Below are positions 51,159 through 60,602 of a stretch of DNA of 64,000 nucleotides, piece by piece. Both the position numbers and the translations under genes were made by a program. The first letter of the stretch is position 1. The number at the start of each line of letters is the position of its first letter. The notes under the pieces were generated by a model. It had not been told where the DNA came from, did not search any database, and saw only the letters and a list, made by a program, of their open reading frames with translations. Source of the stretch: Bacteroides sp. (GTDB lineage: Bacteria; Bacteroidota; Bacteroidia; Bacteroidales; Bacteroidaceae); NCBI GenBank assembly GCA_019414665.1, contig DXLO01000001.1, forward strand, positions 28,472 to 92,471. The letters are read 5' to 3'.

Positions 51159-54100
51159 ATGAGCAGATTTTCTTCATTATTATGTAGCTTGCTATTCTGC
51201 ATGATTACATATGCACAGGAAATTACAGTAACTGGTAAAGTCACCGCAGGAGGCGAAGAAATGCCTGGTGTCACAGTAGCTGTAAAAGGACAAACTCGCG
51301 GTACCATCACTTCTATCGATGGCAGCTACCAGATTCAGGTTAACGGCAATGAAAGCCTGATCTTCTCTTTTGTAGGTTACGAAACAGTAACTATACCGGT
51401 AAACAGACGCAAAGTGATTAACGTAGAATTAAAGGAAGCAGCCCAAATGGTAGATGAGGTAGTGATAACTGTTCCTTACGGTACTGCCAAAAAATCCACA
51501 TTTACAGGGTCTGCAAGCTATATTGCCGCCGGTACTATTGAAAAAGCACAGGTCAGTAGTGTATCAAAAGCACTGCAAGGAACTGTAGCTGGTTTACAGT
51601 CTTTTTCCTCCAGCGGTCAACCCGGATCAGACGCAACTATCCTGATTCGTGGAGTTGGTTCTGTAAACGCTTCAACCAATCCCCTCTATGTGGTTGATGG
51701 TGTTCCTTACGATGGTGCTCTTTCCTCCATAGCATCTTCAGATATTGCGTCAATCACTGTATTGAAAGATGCAGCTTCCGCTGCATTGTATGGCTCACGT
51801 GCAGCAAACGGCGTAATTATGATCACCACCAAACAAGGAAATAAAGATAGCGCACCCACCGTTGAATTATCTGCCAAATATGGTTTTTCAAGCCGTGCAC
51901 GGGCAGACTACGACCAGTTGAATACAAACCAATATTATGAATTATATTGGGAAGCCATGCGTAACTATCGTATGGACAACGGTTACTCTGCCGAAGAAGC
52001 TGCTGTATGGGCATCAAGCAATGTTACAGGCAATCTAGGCATCAATCCTTATGGCAGTGCTTATCCTGAACCAATCGGCCATGACGGAAAACTGGTAGCA
52101 GGCGCCAAACCATTATGGGACGACAGCTGGGACGACGCCCTTTCACAAGATGCGCACTATACAGATTTAAATGTACGCGTAAGTGGTGGTAGCAAAACCT
52201 CCAAGTACTTTGTTTCAGCAGGTTACATGGATGACCAAGGTGCTTATATCTGCTCTGGTTTCAAACGCTATACTCTCCGCGCCAACGTGACTTCAGATAT
52301 CCGCAAATGGTTACAGATCGGATTGAATGTATCAGGAACTCATTCTGTTCAAGACTATCCCAAGCAAGATGACTCAACAATCTCCAATGTGGTCATGTTT
52401 GCCCGTTCATTACCATCATTCTATCCAGTGTATCAACGTGACTTGACAACTGGAGCATATTTATTGGACGAAAATGGTAACCGTATGTTCGATTATGGTG
52501 AGTATCGCCCTAACTCGTATGCAAAATATAATCTGCTGGCTTCCATGCCACACGATAAAAGCGAGATAAAACGCGATGCTGCTTCTTTACGTGGCTTTAT
52601 CCAAATAACTCCTATCGAAGGACTTTCTTACAAAATGTCTTTGAATATTGACTATAACAACAAAACAAATCATGACTACACCAATCCTACTTACGGTACA
52701 GGTTCTATCAGTGGTGGCAGCGTAAGCAAATACAACTACCGCACTACAGGCATGACTTTTAATAATGTCATTAATTATCAACACACGTTCAATGATGTAC
52801 ATGATATCCGTATGATGGCCGGTCAGGAGTACTATGAATATAACACTTCCAATTTCGGCGGAAGCCGCAGCAAAGTCATCATGGATGGATTTTATGAGCC
52901 CGACGCAGCTTCCTCTTTAGGTGATTTTGGCGGAAACAGCGACCAATACAAGCTGTTAAGCTTCTTTGGAAGTGCTGAATACTCGTACAATCAAAAATAC
53001 TTCTTATCGGCTTCTGTCCGTTCTGACGGTTCTTCCCGTTTCCATCCGGATCATCGTTGGGGTACTTTCTGGTCAGTAGGCGCATCTTGGAAAATCATGC
53101 AGGAAGAGTTTATGAAGGACACATCAGACTGGCTATCTAATTTATCATTGCGTGCCAGCTACGGAGCGCAAGGCAATGACCAGGTAGGTTATTATGCGTA
53201 TCAGGCGCTCTATTCCATACGTAATAACCTCGGTGAATCCGGTTTGCACGCTTATCGTCTGGCAACTCCTAATTTATCATGGGAAACCAATCTAAATACT
53301 AATATCGGCTTGGATTTTGGTTTCTGGAACAATCGTCTAAATGGTACAATAGAATATTTTGAACGTCGTTCCAAAGATTTATTATTCTCTAAAGACTTAG
53401 TTCCATCTTCAGGTTTCTCAAGTATGGACGAAAATATTGGTGCCATCAAAAATTATGGATGGGAATTCCAAATCTCAGGATATCCTATCATGACTAAAGA
53501 TTGGAAATGGAAACTTTCTTTTAATGCTACTACCTATAAAAACAAAATAACCTCATTACCTGCCGAAGAAATGTGGAGTGGCAACAAGAAATGGGTAAAA
53601 GGAGGATCGTTATATGACTTCTATTTAGTAGAATGGGCTGGTGTCAATCCTGAAAATGGTAATCCTATGTGGTATCGTTACAATACCAACGGAGAAAAAG
53701 TAACCACAGAAGACTATTCATCAACCACACCGGACGACAAAGTAAAATGTGGCAATTCACTACCAGACTGGACTGGCGGTCTTCAATCAGATCTTTCATT
53801 CAAAGATTTTACATTATCATTCTTATTCTCTTATTCCATTGGTGGTAAAATCTATAATGGGGATAAAGTTTCATTGATGAGCCAAGGACCTACAGGTACC
53901 AGTTGGAGCGTAGATATGTTAGACCGTTGGACTCCTGAAAATCCCTATACCGATGTACCGCGTCTGACTACTTCTCCCAAAAGCTCATGGACAAACTCTT
54001 CAAACCGGTTCTTAGTTGACCGTTCATACTTACGTCTGAAGAATATTACATTCTCTTACAATCTGCCGAAGTCATTGCTGAACACATTGACACTGAAAGA

Positions 54101-54245
54101 TGCAAGCATATTTTTTCAAGCAGAAAATATGCTGACATTAGCCAAACAACAAGGTCTAGACCCAGAGCAAACTTTCGGAGGCTCTACTTACTATCGCTAT
54201 CCGGCAATGAAAACTATTTCATTCGGTATCAATGTGAAACTTTAA
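51159..54245 (+). CDS. SusC/RagA family TonB-dependent transporter
   Basis: SGQPGS, PLYVVDGVP, LKDAASAALYGSRAANGVIMITTK, LSWE, YLRLKNI. Confidence 0.96.
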   Translation: MSRFSSLLCSLLFCMITYAQEITVTGKVTAGGEEMPGVTVAVKGQTRGTITSIDGSYQIQVNGNESLIFSFVGYETVTIPVNRRKVINVELKEAAQMVDEVVITVPYGTAKKSTFTGSASYIAAGTIEKAQVSSVSKALQGTVAGLQSFSSSGQPGSDATILIRGVGSVNASTNPLYVVDGVPYDGALSSIASSDIASITVLKDAASAALYGSRAANGVIMITTKQGNKDSAPTVELSAKYGFSSRARADYDQLNTNQYYELYWEAMRNYRMDNGYSAEEAAVWASSNVTGNLGINPYGSAYPEPIGHDGKLVAGAKPLWDDSWDDALSQDAHYTDLNVRVSGGSKTSKYFVSAGYMDDQGAYICSGFKRYTLRANVTSDIRKWLQIGLNVSGTHSVQDYPKQDDSTISNVVMFARSLPSFYPVYQRDLTTGAYLLDENGNRMFDYGEYRPNSYAKYNLLASMPHDKSEIKRDAASLRGFIQITPIEGLSYKMSLNIDYNNKTNHDYTNPTYGTGSISGGSVSKYNYRTTGMTFNNVINYQHTFNDVHDIRMMAGQEYYEYNTSNFGGSRSKVIMDGFYEPDAASSLGDFGGNSDQYKLLSFFGSAEYSYNQKYFLSASVRSDGSSRFHPDHRWGTFWSVGASWKIMQEEFMKDTSDWLSNLSLRASYGAQGNDQVGYYAYQALYSIRNNLGESGLHAYRLATPNLSWETNLNTNIGLDFGFWNNRLNGTIEYFERRSKDLLFSKDLVPSSGFSSMDENIGAIKNYGWEFQISGYPIMTKDWKWKLSFNATTYKNKITSLPAEEMWSGNKKWVKGGSLYDFYLVEWAGVNPENGNPMWYRYNTNGEKVTTEDYSSTTPDDKVKCGNSLPDWTGGLQSDLSFKDFTLSFLFSYSIGGKIYNGDKVSLMSQGPTGTSWSVDMLDRWTPENPYTDVPRLTTSPKSSWTNSSNRFLVDRSYLRLKNITFSYNLPKSLLNTLTLKDASIFFQAENMLTLAKQQGLDPEQTFGGSTYYRYPAMKTISFGINVKL

Positions 54246-54260
54246 TACAGAAAGAAGAAT

Positions 54261-55811
54261 ATGAAAACTATTTTTAAATATATATTTTCAGTCGCACTGG
54301 GAAGTATAATGCTCACTTCCTGCGATTTGGATACAATTCCTACAACTTATGTAGATGCCGGTTCTGTTTTCGGTAAAACAGGAGATGCCGAAAAAGTACT
54401 TAATGGTGGTTGGAACTACCTGATGGAAACTTTCAATTCCTACGCCAACCCTGGCTATGGAGCAATGTTACGTGCAAATGATGCAATGGGTTCTGACGTA
54501 GTACTAAACACCAAATATGGTTTTAGAGCACACAATGAATTTACCGCTATTTATGGAAAAGGGGGCACAAACACCCTAAGCTGGCTTTTAGCATACCGTG
54601 TTATTAATGACTGCAATGGTGTATTAGATAATATTGACGCTGCTGAAGGTACACAAATTGACAGAAATCGAATCAAGGGACAAGCGTTAGCCTTACGTGG
54701 TTTTCTATATTTACATCTAGCTTCTTGTTATTCTTTTGCCATTGATAAAGATCCAGATGCTGTATGTGCACCTATCTATACACAATCAACAGATGAAACA
54801 ATTGCAGCTGAAGGAAAACCTGCATCAAGTGTCAGTGAAGTATATGCGCAATCTATCAATGACTTGGAAGAAGCATTAGAACTTATTCCCGAAACTTATG
54901 TACGTGACGCCAAACACAAAATTGACAATGAAGTTGTCCTAGGTATTCTCTCACGTGCCTGTCTTTATGCTCGTCAATGGGAGAAAGCTAAAACTTACTC
55001 AGACAAATTGTTAGCTAAAAACAATTATCTAATGACCGAGAGTGAATATAAAGCCGGATTCAATTCTGTAGACAATAAAGAATGGATTTGGGGGCATGCT
55101 CAAACCAACGATCAAAGTAATGCCAGTTATCAGTTTCATTATTTAGATACTACAACTAAAGGATCATACTATTATAGCTTCAATGTAGACCCTTACTTCC
55201 GTGATTTGTTCGAAGATGGTGATTATCGTAAAGAAATGCTGTTCTGGGCTACAGATCCGGGAGCTGACGTTGAATCAGCAGCCTATGTATGGATGCGTAA
55301 CTCTAAATTCAGATTCCGCGATATCGAAAACCAACTTGGTGATATCGTATTGATGCGCGTTGCCGAAATTTATTTGATAAATGCAGAGGCAAAGGCACAT
55401 CTGAATGACCCAGATGCTATTAACAAATTAAATGATTTAAAAACAGCCAGAGGAGCAAAAACCATTAATACAAATCTTTCACAACAAGACCTATTGGAAA
55501 CAATTTGGTTAGAACGCCGTAAAGAATTATGGGGTGAAGGATTCAGTTTGATAGACATTATCCGCAACCAACAGGCTGTAGTTCGAAAAGCATATCCCGA
55601 AGGTCCCATTGACTATATTTACACTGATGAAAACGGACAAACTCACACCCTGAAGAAAAAGACTCAAGGACATCGTTTCTTCAATTTCCCCGATAAAAGT
55701 GCATTCTGTCCAAACAGTAAATATTATTTGTACCGAATTACGGATTCGGAAGAGCTGGCGAACAAAAACCTTTACAAGGATCATCCTAAACTCTCAATTT
55801 ATACCAAATAA
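54261..55811 (+). CDS. SusD/RagB family lipoprotein
   Basis: Lipobox MLTSC; GQALALRG, MRVAEIYLINAEA, ERRKELWGEG. Confidence 0.94.
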   Translation: MKTIFKYIFSVALGSIMLTSCDLDTIPTTYVDAGSVFGKTGDAEKVLNGGWNYLMETFNSYANPGYGAMLRANDAMGSDVVLNTKYGFRAHNEFTAIYGKGGTNTLSWLLAYRVINDCNGVLDNIDAAEGTQIDRNRIKGQALALRGFLYLHLASCYSFAIDKDPDAVCAPIYTQSTDETIAAEGKPASSVSEVYAQSINDLEEALELIPETYVRDAKHKIDNEVVLGILSRACLYARQWEKAKTYSDKLLAKNNYLMTESEYKAGFNSVDNKEWIWGHAQTNDQSNASYQFHYLDTTTKGSYYYSFNVDPYFRDLFEDGDYRKEMLFWATDPGADVESAAYVWMRNSKFRFRDIENQLGDIVLMRVAEIYLINAEAKAHLNDPDAINKLNDLKTARGAKTINTNLSQQDLLETIWLERRKELWGEGFSLIDIIRNQQAVVRKAYPEGPIDYIYTDENGQTHTLKKKTQGHRFFNFPDKSAFCPNSKYYLYRITDSEELANKNLYKDHPKLSIYTK

Positions 55812-55830
55812 CAGCAAACTCTAACAAAGT

Positions 55831-55867
55831 AAAAACCCGTAGCAAAATGAACTGTTACGGGTTTTTT
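55831..55867. terminator. Bidirectional intrinsic terminator
   Basis: AAAAACCCGTAGCA...TGTTACGGGTTTTTT. Confidence 0.8.
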
Positions 55868-56098
55868 ATTGTTCTCAAACAAATCAAAAGAGAGTATTCA
55901 TTAATAAATTTATAGTTCCAAAGGATAACTCAAAATAGATTAATGAAACAGCTTTATAATAATCTGTATCATCATGATATCCTACCCTTTCTTACTTTAT
56001 TCATTGCTACATAAAATAAGAAAAGGGAGCTTCTCTTCGGATTTTAATCATAAGAGATTTAAATTTCAATATCTCTTTAGAAACACATTCTTTCTGTT

Positions 56099-57361
56099 TT
56101 ATTTCTTCTTCAAATCCTCAGGAGAAACCAACTTATAAAGCTTGTCACTAGGACGTACCTTATCGGGTACTTTAAAGGATACATGTTGACCTTTTCTTAC
56201 CACATCCACCGGTTTCAAATCCACACGCGCCTCATCCAACGTCAGAAATACTGCTCCTGTAGTAGGTCCTGTGATCAGAAGCTTATCCCCTACTTTCATC
56301 TCAGCAGCTTCCACCAGAAACTCTGCAACGCCAATATTAGAAAAGTACTTGATTCCCTTACCCACATACACCTTACGCTCAGTAGCCTCCGAACCATAGT
56401 TCTTACTCCATTCACCCAAACGCTGTCCTAAATAATACCCATTCCAGAATCCCCGATTGAATACGGTCTTCAGCCGTTCATCCCAAGCCTGCTTCTTCTC
56501 CTCGGTAAAAGTGCCCTCCAGATAAGAACAAATAGCTTCTTTGTAACATTCCACCACGGTACGTACATACTCAGGTCCTCGGGCACGCCCTTCGATCTTG
56601 AAGACACGCACGCCAGCCTCTATCATCTCATCCATAAAATGAATAGTTTTCAAATCTTTAGGAGACATGATGTATTTATTGTCCACCTCCAGTTCAATAT
56701 CACTCTCTTTATCCTTCACATCGTATGCACGGCGACATATCTGCATACAAGCCCCCCGGTTAGCAGAAGCATTCATCTCATGCAAACTGAGATAACACTT
56801 GCCCGACACTGCCATACAGAGTGCCCCGTGGCAGAACATCTCAATACGGACCAATTCTCCATTCGGACCTTTAATTTGTTCCTTCTGGATAGTATCATAA
56901 ATCACCCGCACCTGCTTCAAATTCAATTCACGTGCCAATACCACTACATCGGCAAAGCGAGCATAAAATTTCAACGCTCCGGCATTACTGATATTTAATT
57001 GGGTGGAAAGGTGTACTTCCTGCCCCACCTCGCAACAATAAGCCATTACCGCCACATCCGCAGCAATCACGGCACTGATGCCTGCCTCCTTAGCCGCATC
57101 CACAATGGTACGCATCAAAGCAATATCTTCATCATAAATAATGGTATTGATCGTAAGATAGCTCTTGATGCCATGTTTATCACAGATCTGTGCTATCTCG
57201 CGTAAATCATTGACAGTAAATGTACTGGCAGAACGTGCACGCATATTCAGACTCTCAATTCCGAAGTAAATAGAATCCGCACCTGCCTGTATGGCTGCCG
57301 CCAGCGACTCACGTGAACCTACAGGAGCCATTATTTCAAAGTCTTTTATAGAAGCTTTCAT
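56099..57361 (-). CDS. Peptidase U32 family Fe-S protein (TrhP-like tRNA hydroxylase)
   Basis: EIMAPVGS, HLSTQ, HGALCMAVSGKC, NRGACMQICR, KIEGR; C-terminal beta domain. Confidence 0.85.
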   Translation of the reverse strand: MKASIKDFEIMAPVGSRESLAAAIQAGADSIYFGIESLNMRARSASTFTVNDLREIAQICDKHGIKSYLTINTIIYDEDIALMRTIVDAAKEAGISAVIAADVAVMAYCCEVGQEVHLSTQLNISNAGALKFYARFADVVVLARELNLKQVRVIYDTIQKEQIKGPNGELVRIEMFCHGALCMAVSGKCYLSLHEMNASANRGACMQICRRAYDVKDKESDIELEVDNKYIMSPKDLKTIHFMDEMIEAGVRVFKIEGRARGPEYVRTVVECYKEAICSYLEGTFTEEKKQAWDERLKTVFNRGFWNGYYLGQRLGEWSKNYGSEATERKVYVGKGIKYFSNIGVAEFLVEAAEMKVGDKLLITGPTTGAVFLTLDEARVDLKPVDVVRKGQHVSFKVPDKVRPSDKLYKLVSPEDLKKK

Positions 57362-57384
57362 TATTCTTTTGATTAATATATGTG

Positions 57385-57412
57385 CAAAGGTAGGCTTTTT
57401 TCCGTATTTTTG
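57385..57412. promoter_or_regulatory. Back-to-back sigma-A promoters (U32 / dusB)
   Basis: TACCTTTG on minus (57385-57392); TATTTTTG on plus (57405-57412). Confidence 0.6.
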
Positions 57413-57426
57413 CAGCCTGATTTCAC

Positions 57427-57453
57427 CACAGATTACACAGATTCACACAGATT
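57427..57453 (+). repeat. Three CACAGATT units in dusB leader
   Basis: CACAGATT-A-CACAGATT-CA-CACAGATT; partial complement AATCTG at 57473. Confidence 0.7.
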
Positions 57454-57511
57454 ATAAATTAATACTCAAATGAATCTGACTTTTCTGTAACCCAAAGATA
57501 AACATACAACA

Positions 57512-58501
57512 ATGAAGATTAGAAATATAGACCTGGGCAGATACCCTATTTTCCTGGCTCCGATGGAAGATGTAACAGACCCCGCTTTTCGCCTGATGTG
57601 CAAGAAGTTCGGTGCTGATATGGTATATACCGAATTTGTATCGGCAGATGCATTGATACGCTCGGTAGGTAAAACGATGCAGAAGCTGAATATCAACGAT
57701 GAGGAACGCCCCGTAGCCATCCAGATTTACGGCAGAGACACGGAAACAATGGTAGAAGCGGCGAAAATAGTGGAAGAGGCGCATCCTGACATCCTGGATA
57801 TTAATTTTGGCTGTCCTGTAAAACGCGTTGCCGGTAAAGGAGCCGGTGCAGGTATGCTGCAAAATATCCCGCTGATGTTGGAAATTACCCGTGCTGTTGT
57901 GGACACTGTAAAAATTCCCGTTACTGTAAAAACACGTCTAGGCTGGGACAATGAGCATAAAATTATAGTAGATTTGGCAGAACAATTACAAGATTGCGGC
58001 ATTGAAGCACTGACCATTCATGGACGCACCCGTGCACAAATGTACACTGGTGAAGCGGACTGGAGTTTAATAGGTGAAGTAAAAAAGAATCCCCGTATGC
58101 ATATACCTATCATTGGAAACGGGGATATAACTACGCCACAACGTGCCAAAGAGTGTTTTGACCAGTATGGAGTAGACGCTATTATGATTGGCCGAGCCAG
58201 CTTTGGACGCCCGTGGATATTCAAGGAAGTAAAACATTATATAGAAACCGGTAAGGAACTCCCTGCCCTTTCTTTTGAGTGGCGGCTGAATGTACTCCGT
58301 CAGGAAGTGTTGGACAGTGTGAATCTGCTTGACGAACGCCGCGGTATTCTTCATGTACGCCGCCATCTGGCTGCTTCTCCCTTATTTAAAGGCATCCCCA
58401 ACTTTAAAGAGACACGTATCGCCATGCTCCGTGCCGAAACCGTGAAAGAACTTTTCAGTATCTTGGATTATATCAGGGGGAATTACGGAATGAATTCTTA
58501 A
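57512..58501 (+). CDS. dusB: tRNA-dihydrouridine synthase B
   Basis: LAPMEDVTD, DINFGCP, TVKTRLGW, TIHGRT, IGNGDI, MIGR. Confidence 0.94.
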   Translation: MKIRNIDLGRYPIFLAPMEDVTDPAFRLMCKKFGADMVYTEFVSADALIRSVGKTMQKLNINDEERPVAIQIYGRDTETMVEAAKIVEEAHPDILDINFGCPVKRVAGKGAGAGMLQNIPLMLEITRAVVDTVKIPVTVKTRLGWDNEHKIIVDLAEQLQDCGIEALTIHGRTRAQMYTGEADWSLIGEVKKNPRMHIPIIGNGDITTPQRAKECFDQYGVDAIMIGRASFGRPWIFKEVKHYIETGKELPALSFEWRLNVLRQEVLDSVNLLDERRGILHVRRHLAASPLFKGIPNFKETRIAMLRAETVKELFSILDYIRGNYGMNS

Positions 58502-58586
58502 TGCTACAATGTGCTAATATGCTAATGTGCCAATTGCCATGCGGAATACAGCACAGCCAATTGGCACATTAATATATTGTAGCATT
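58500..58586. repeat. Nested inverted-repeat element between convergent genes
   Basis: TAATGTGCCAATTG (58523-58536)/CAATTGGCACATTA (58558-58571) inside AATGCTACAAT/ATTGTAGCATT. Confidence 0.75.
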
Positions 58587-58596
58587 AACACATTAT

Positions 58597-59448
58597 CTAT
58601 TCCATTTTACGCAAACCTCTTTTGGGAGAGAAATCAATATCTTTAGGATTGCCTTTATAAGCCACCTCACCACTACTGGATGCTTTCGCAGTCAGCGAAC
58701 CGGTCACATAACATTCCACATCACCAGAGGAACTGGCACTGGCAGTTACATTGACCGCCTTCATACCTTTTGCCTTTACATCCCCACTACTACTGGCTCT
58801 GTAAGAAGCGTTCTCACAAATACCTGCCAAAATCACATCTCCGGAAGAGCTGGCATCAGCAGATACATCAGCAGCGTTCAGATTCTTGACAGATACATCA
58901 CCCGAACTACTGGCATCAGCAGAGAAATTCGTACAAGATACCTTTTCCAGAATCACATCACCCGAACTATTAGCGGTAGCCGCAAAATCATCACAAGAAA
59001 TAGTGCTTCCTGTTACATCACCGCTACTGCTAGCCTTAACAGTAACTTTCCCACTCGTTTTCAGTCCATTCTTTATAATAATATCACCGGAACTGGAAGC
59101 TTTCAAGCTGTTCACAGCCGGAGCAGAAACTCTTACTTCCTTTTTATGTTTTCCGTTTATTGAAAAATTGTTTCTTGGTGATTTAAAACCAACCTTAAGT
59201 ACTCCACCCTCTACACGGACATCAATATAGTCCACCAAATTGTCCGGAGCATATATTTCCACATCCTGTCCACCGGAACTTTGAGTATAGATTACATCCA
59301 CCGAAGAACTGGTAGAGATAGCATTAAAACTACCCACATTCACTTTTTTGGTAACATAGTTCTTACTAGGAGTTATTCTCTCTGCACATGCTGTGGCAGA
59401 CACTAACATAAGGGTCACCGCCATTAAAGTCGATACTAATTTTCTCAT
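58597..59448 (-). CDS. DUF2807 head-GIN domain secreted or lipoprotein
   Basis: Signal peptide ending SATAC; APDNL..I...V.GG.L; eight (A)xSSG[D/E] beta-helix repeats; YKGNP C-terminus. Confidence 0.85.
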   Translation of the reverse strand: MRKLVSTLMAVTLMLVSATACAERITPSKNYVTKKVNVGSFNAISTSSSVDVIYTQSSGGQDVEIYAPDNLVDYIDVRVEGGVLKVGFKSPRNNFSINGKHKKEVRVSAPAVNSLKASSSGDIIIKNGLKTSGKVTVKASSSGDVTGSTISCDDFAATANSSGDVILEKVSCTNFSADASSSGDVSVKNLNAADVSADASSSGDVILAGICENASYRASSSGDVKAKGMKAVNVTASASSSGDVECYVTGSLTAKASSSGEVAYKGNPKDIDFSPKRGLRKME

Positions 59449-59467
59449 ACTATTTTTGTTTTATTCA

Positions 59468-59503
59468 TTAGACGTTATTTCTATGCCAAACGTTGCAACG
59501 TTT
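59468..59503 (-). promoter_or_regulatory. Putative ECF (sigmaW/E-like) promoter inside a 16-bp palindrome
   Basis: Minus strand TGCAAC-N17-CGTCTAA; AAACGTTGCAACGTTT palindrome at 59488-59503. Confidence 0.6.
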
Positions 59504-59570
59504 AGCCATTATTTTTAAAGCAATATTCATGCCAGCAACATTTATCACTGAAAATCAACAAGGTATAAAC

Positions 59571-59601
59571 AAAACAGGGTGTCCGAAAATGGACACCCTG
59601 T
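59571..59601 (-). terminator. Intrinsic terminator after PAP2 gene
   Basis: ACAGGGTGTCC-N6-GGACACCCTGT followed by TTTGTTT on the minus strand. Confidence 0.8.
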
Positions 59602-59624
59602 ACGCTTTTATATACTTTTTAAAA

Positions 59625-60602
59625 CTATTTCAGCACAAGTTGGAAGACTACAGAAGCAAACCAACGCTTATACATATAAGTAGCCACAATATAAATACAT
59701 ACCGCCGAAATCCAGCCGGCAATAACATCCACCAAATAATGCGCCTGAATATAGACCGTAGCACAGCATAGAAGTACGTAGAACGGTGCCAAGAAATAAC
59801 ATAGTTTCTTATTAACGCGATAGGCCATAATCATCACAATGGTAGATATACCGACATGCGAACTAGGAAAAGCAGCAGTAGGGCGTTCCCCCACTTCCTG
59901 TGAGGCCTCTACCAAATTAAAGAAGAAACCATGATCAAAACCGGGACCGGGCAGCAGAATATCATTATTATTGAAATAATCACCGATAGCAGGGAAATGC
60001 TGCGCCATCACATTGTCCATTCCGATAGCAGGGAAATAGAATTGCGGACCGGCAACCGGAACCAATATATAAATAAGATAATAGATAAAAAACGAAGTGA
60101 CCAGCACAAAAGAAACCTTTTCAAACCACTCAAAACGAAACAAGAAATAATAAATAGTCACAATCCCAATCATTGGATAATAAGCGAAATACCCCATATT
60201 AAATGGTTCACTGAACCACATGGAAGGAAAATGTTCACTAAATTCTACCGAAGGCTGGCAACGGAACAAAAACTGCTCCGCCGAAGCGAAGAAGTTATCC
60301 AGATTGGGAAAAAGACGATTAAATTCAAAGGTATCGGGATACCAATACGCTAAAAATGCCATCTGCACAGCCATTCGTATAAATGCCGTAAGTTTACACG
60401 GATACTTGCGATACAAATATATTAATGCAAACGTAATGGCCACAATGCCTGCACGCTCCAAAAGCATAATTACAGGGTGGTCCATACGAGGAAATAATAT
60501 TAAAACCATTATGGTCGTGAGGGCATTATATATCAGACTAATGCTCTCAACGGCAAACAATCCTTTCACACTGTCTACCCGTTTGAATAAATTTAAAGCC
60601 AT
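59625..60602 (-). CDS. PAP2 superfamily membrane protein, AUR1/IPC-synthase-like (PAP2_3)
   Basis: PVAGP, AFPSSH and HYLVD motifs; no KX6RP motif; multiple TMs. Confidence 0.82.
   Translation of the reverse strand: MALNLFKRVDSVKGLFAVESISLIYNALTTIMVLILFPRMDHPVIMLLERAGIVAITFALIYLYRKYPCKLTAFIRMAVQMAFLAYWYPDTFEFNRLFPNLDNFFASAEQFLFRCQPSVEFSEHFPSMWFSEPFNMGYFAYYPMIGIVTIYYFLFRFEWFEKVSFVLVTSFFIYYLIYILVPVAGPQFYFPAIGMDNVMAQHFPAIGDYFNNNDILLPGPGFDHGFFFNLVEASQEVGERPTAAFPSSHVGISTIVMIMAYRVNKKLCYFLAPFYVLLCCATVYIQAHYLVDVIAGWISAVCIYIVATYMYKRWFASVVFQLVLK

Noticed and set aside
58640..59110. Repeats in DUF2807 as a hypervariable or phase-variable tract
   Set aside because: DNA copies are synonymously diverged; they are normal beta-helix protein repeats.
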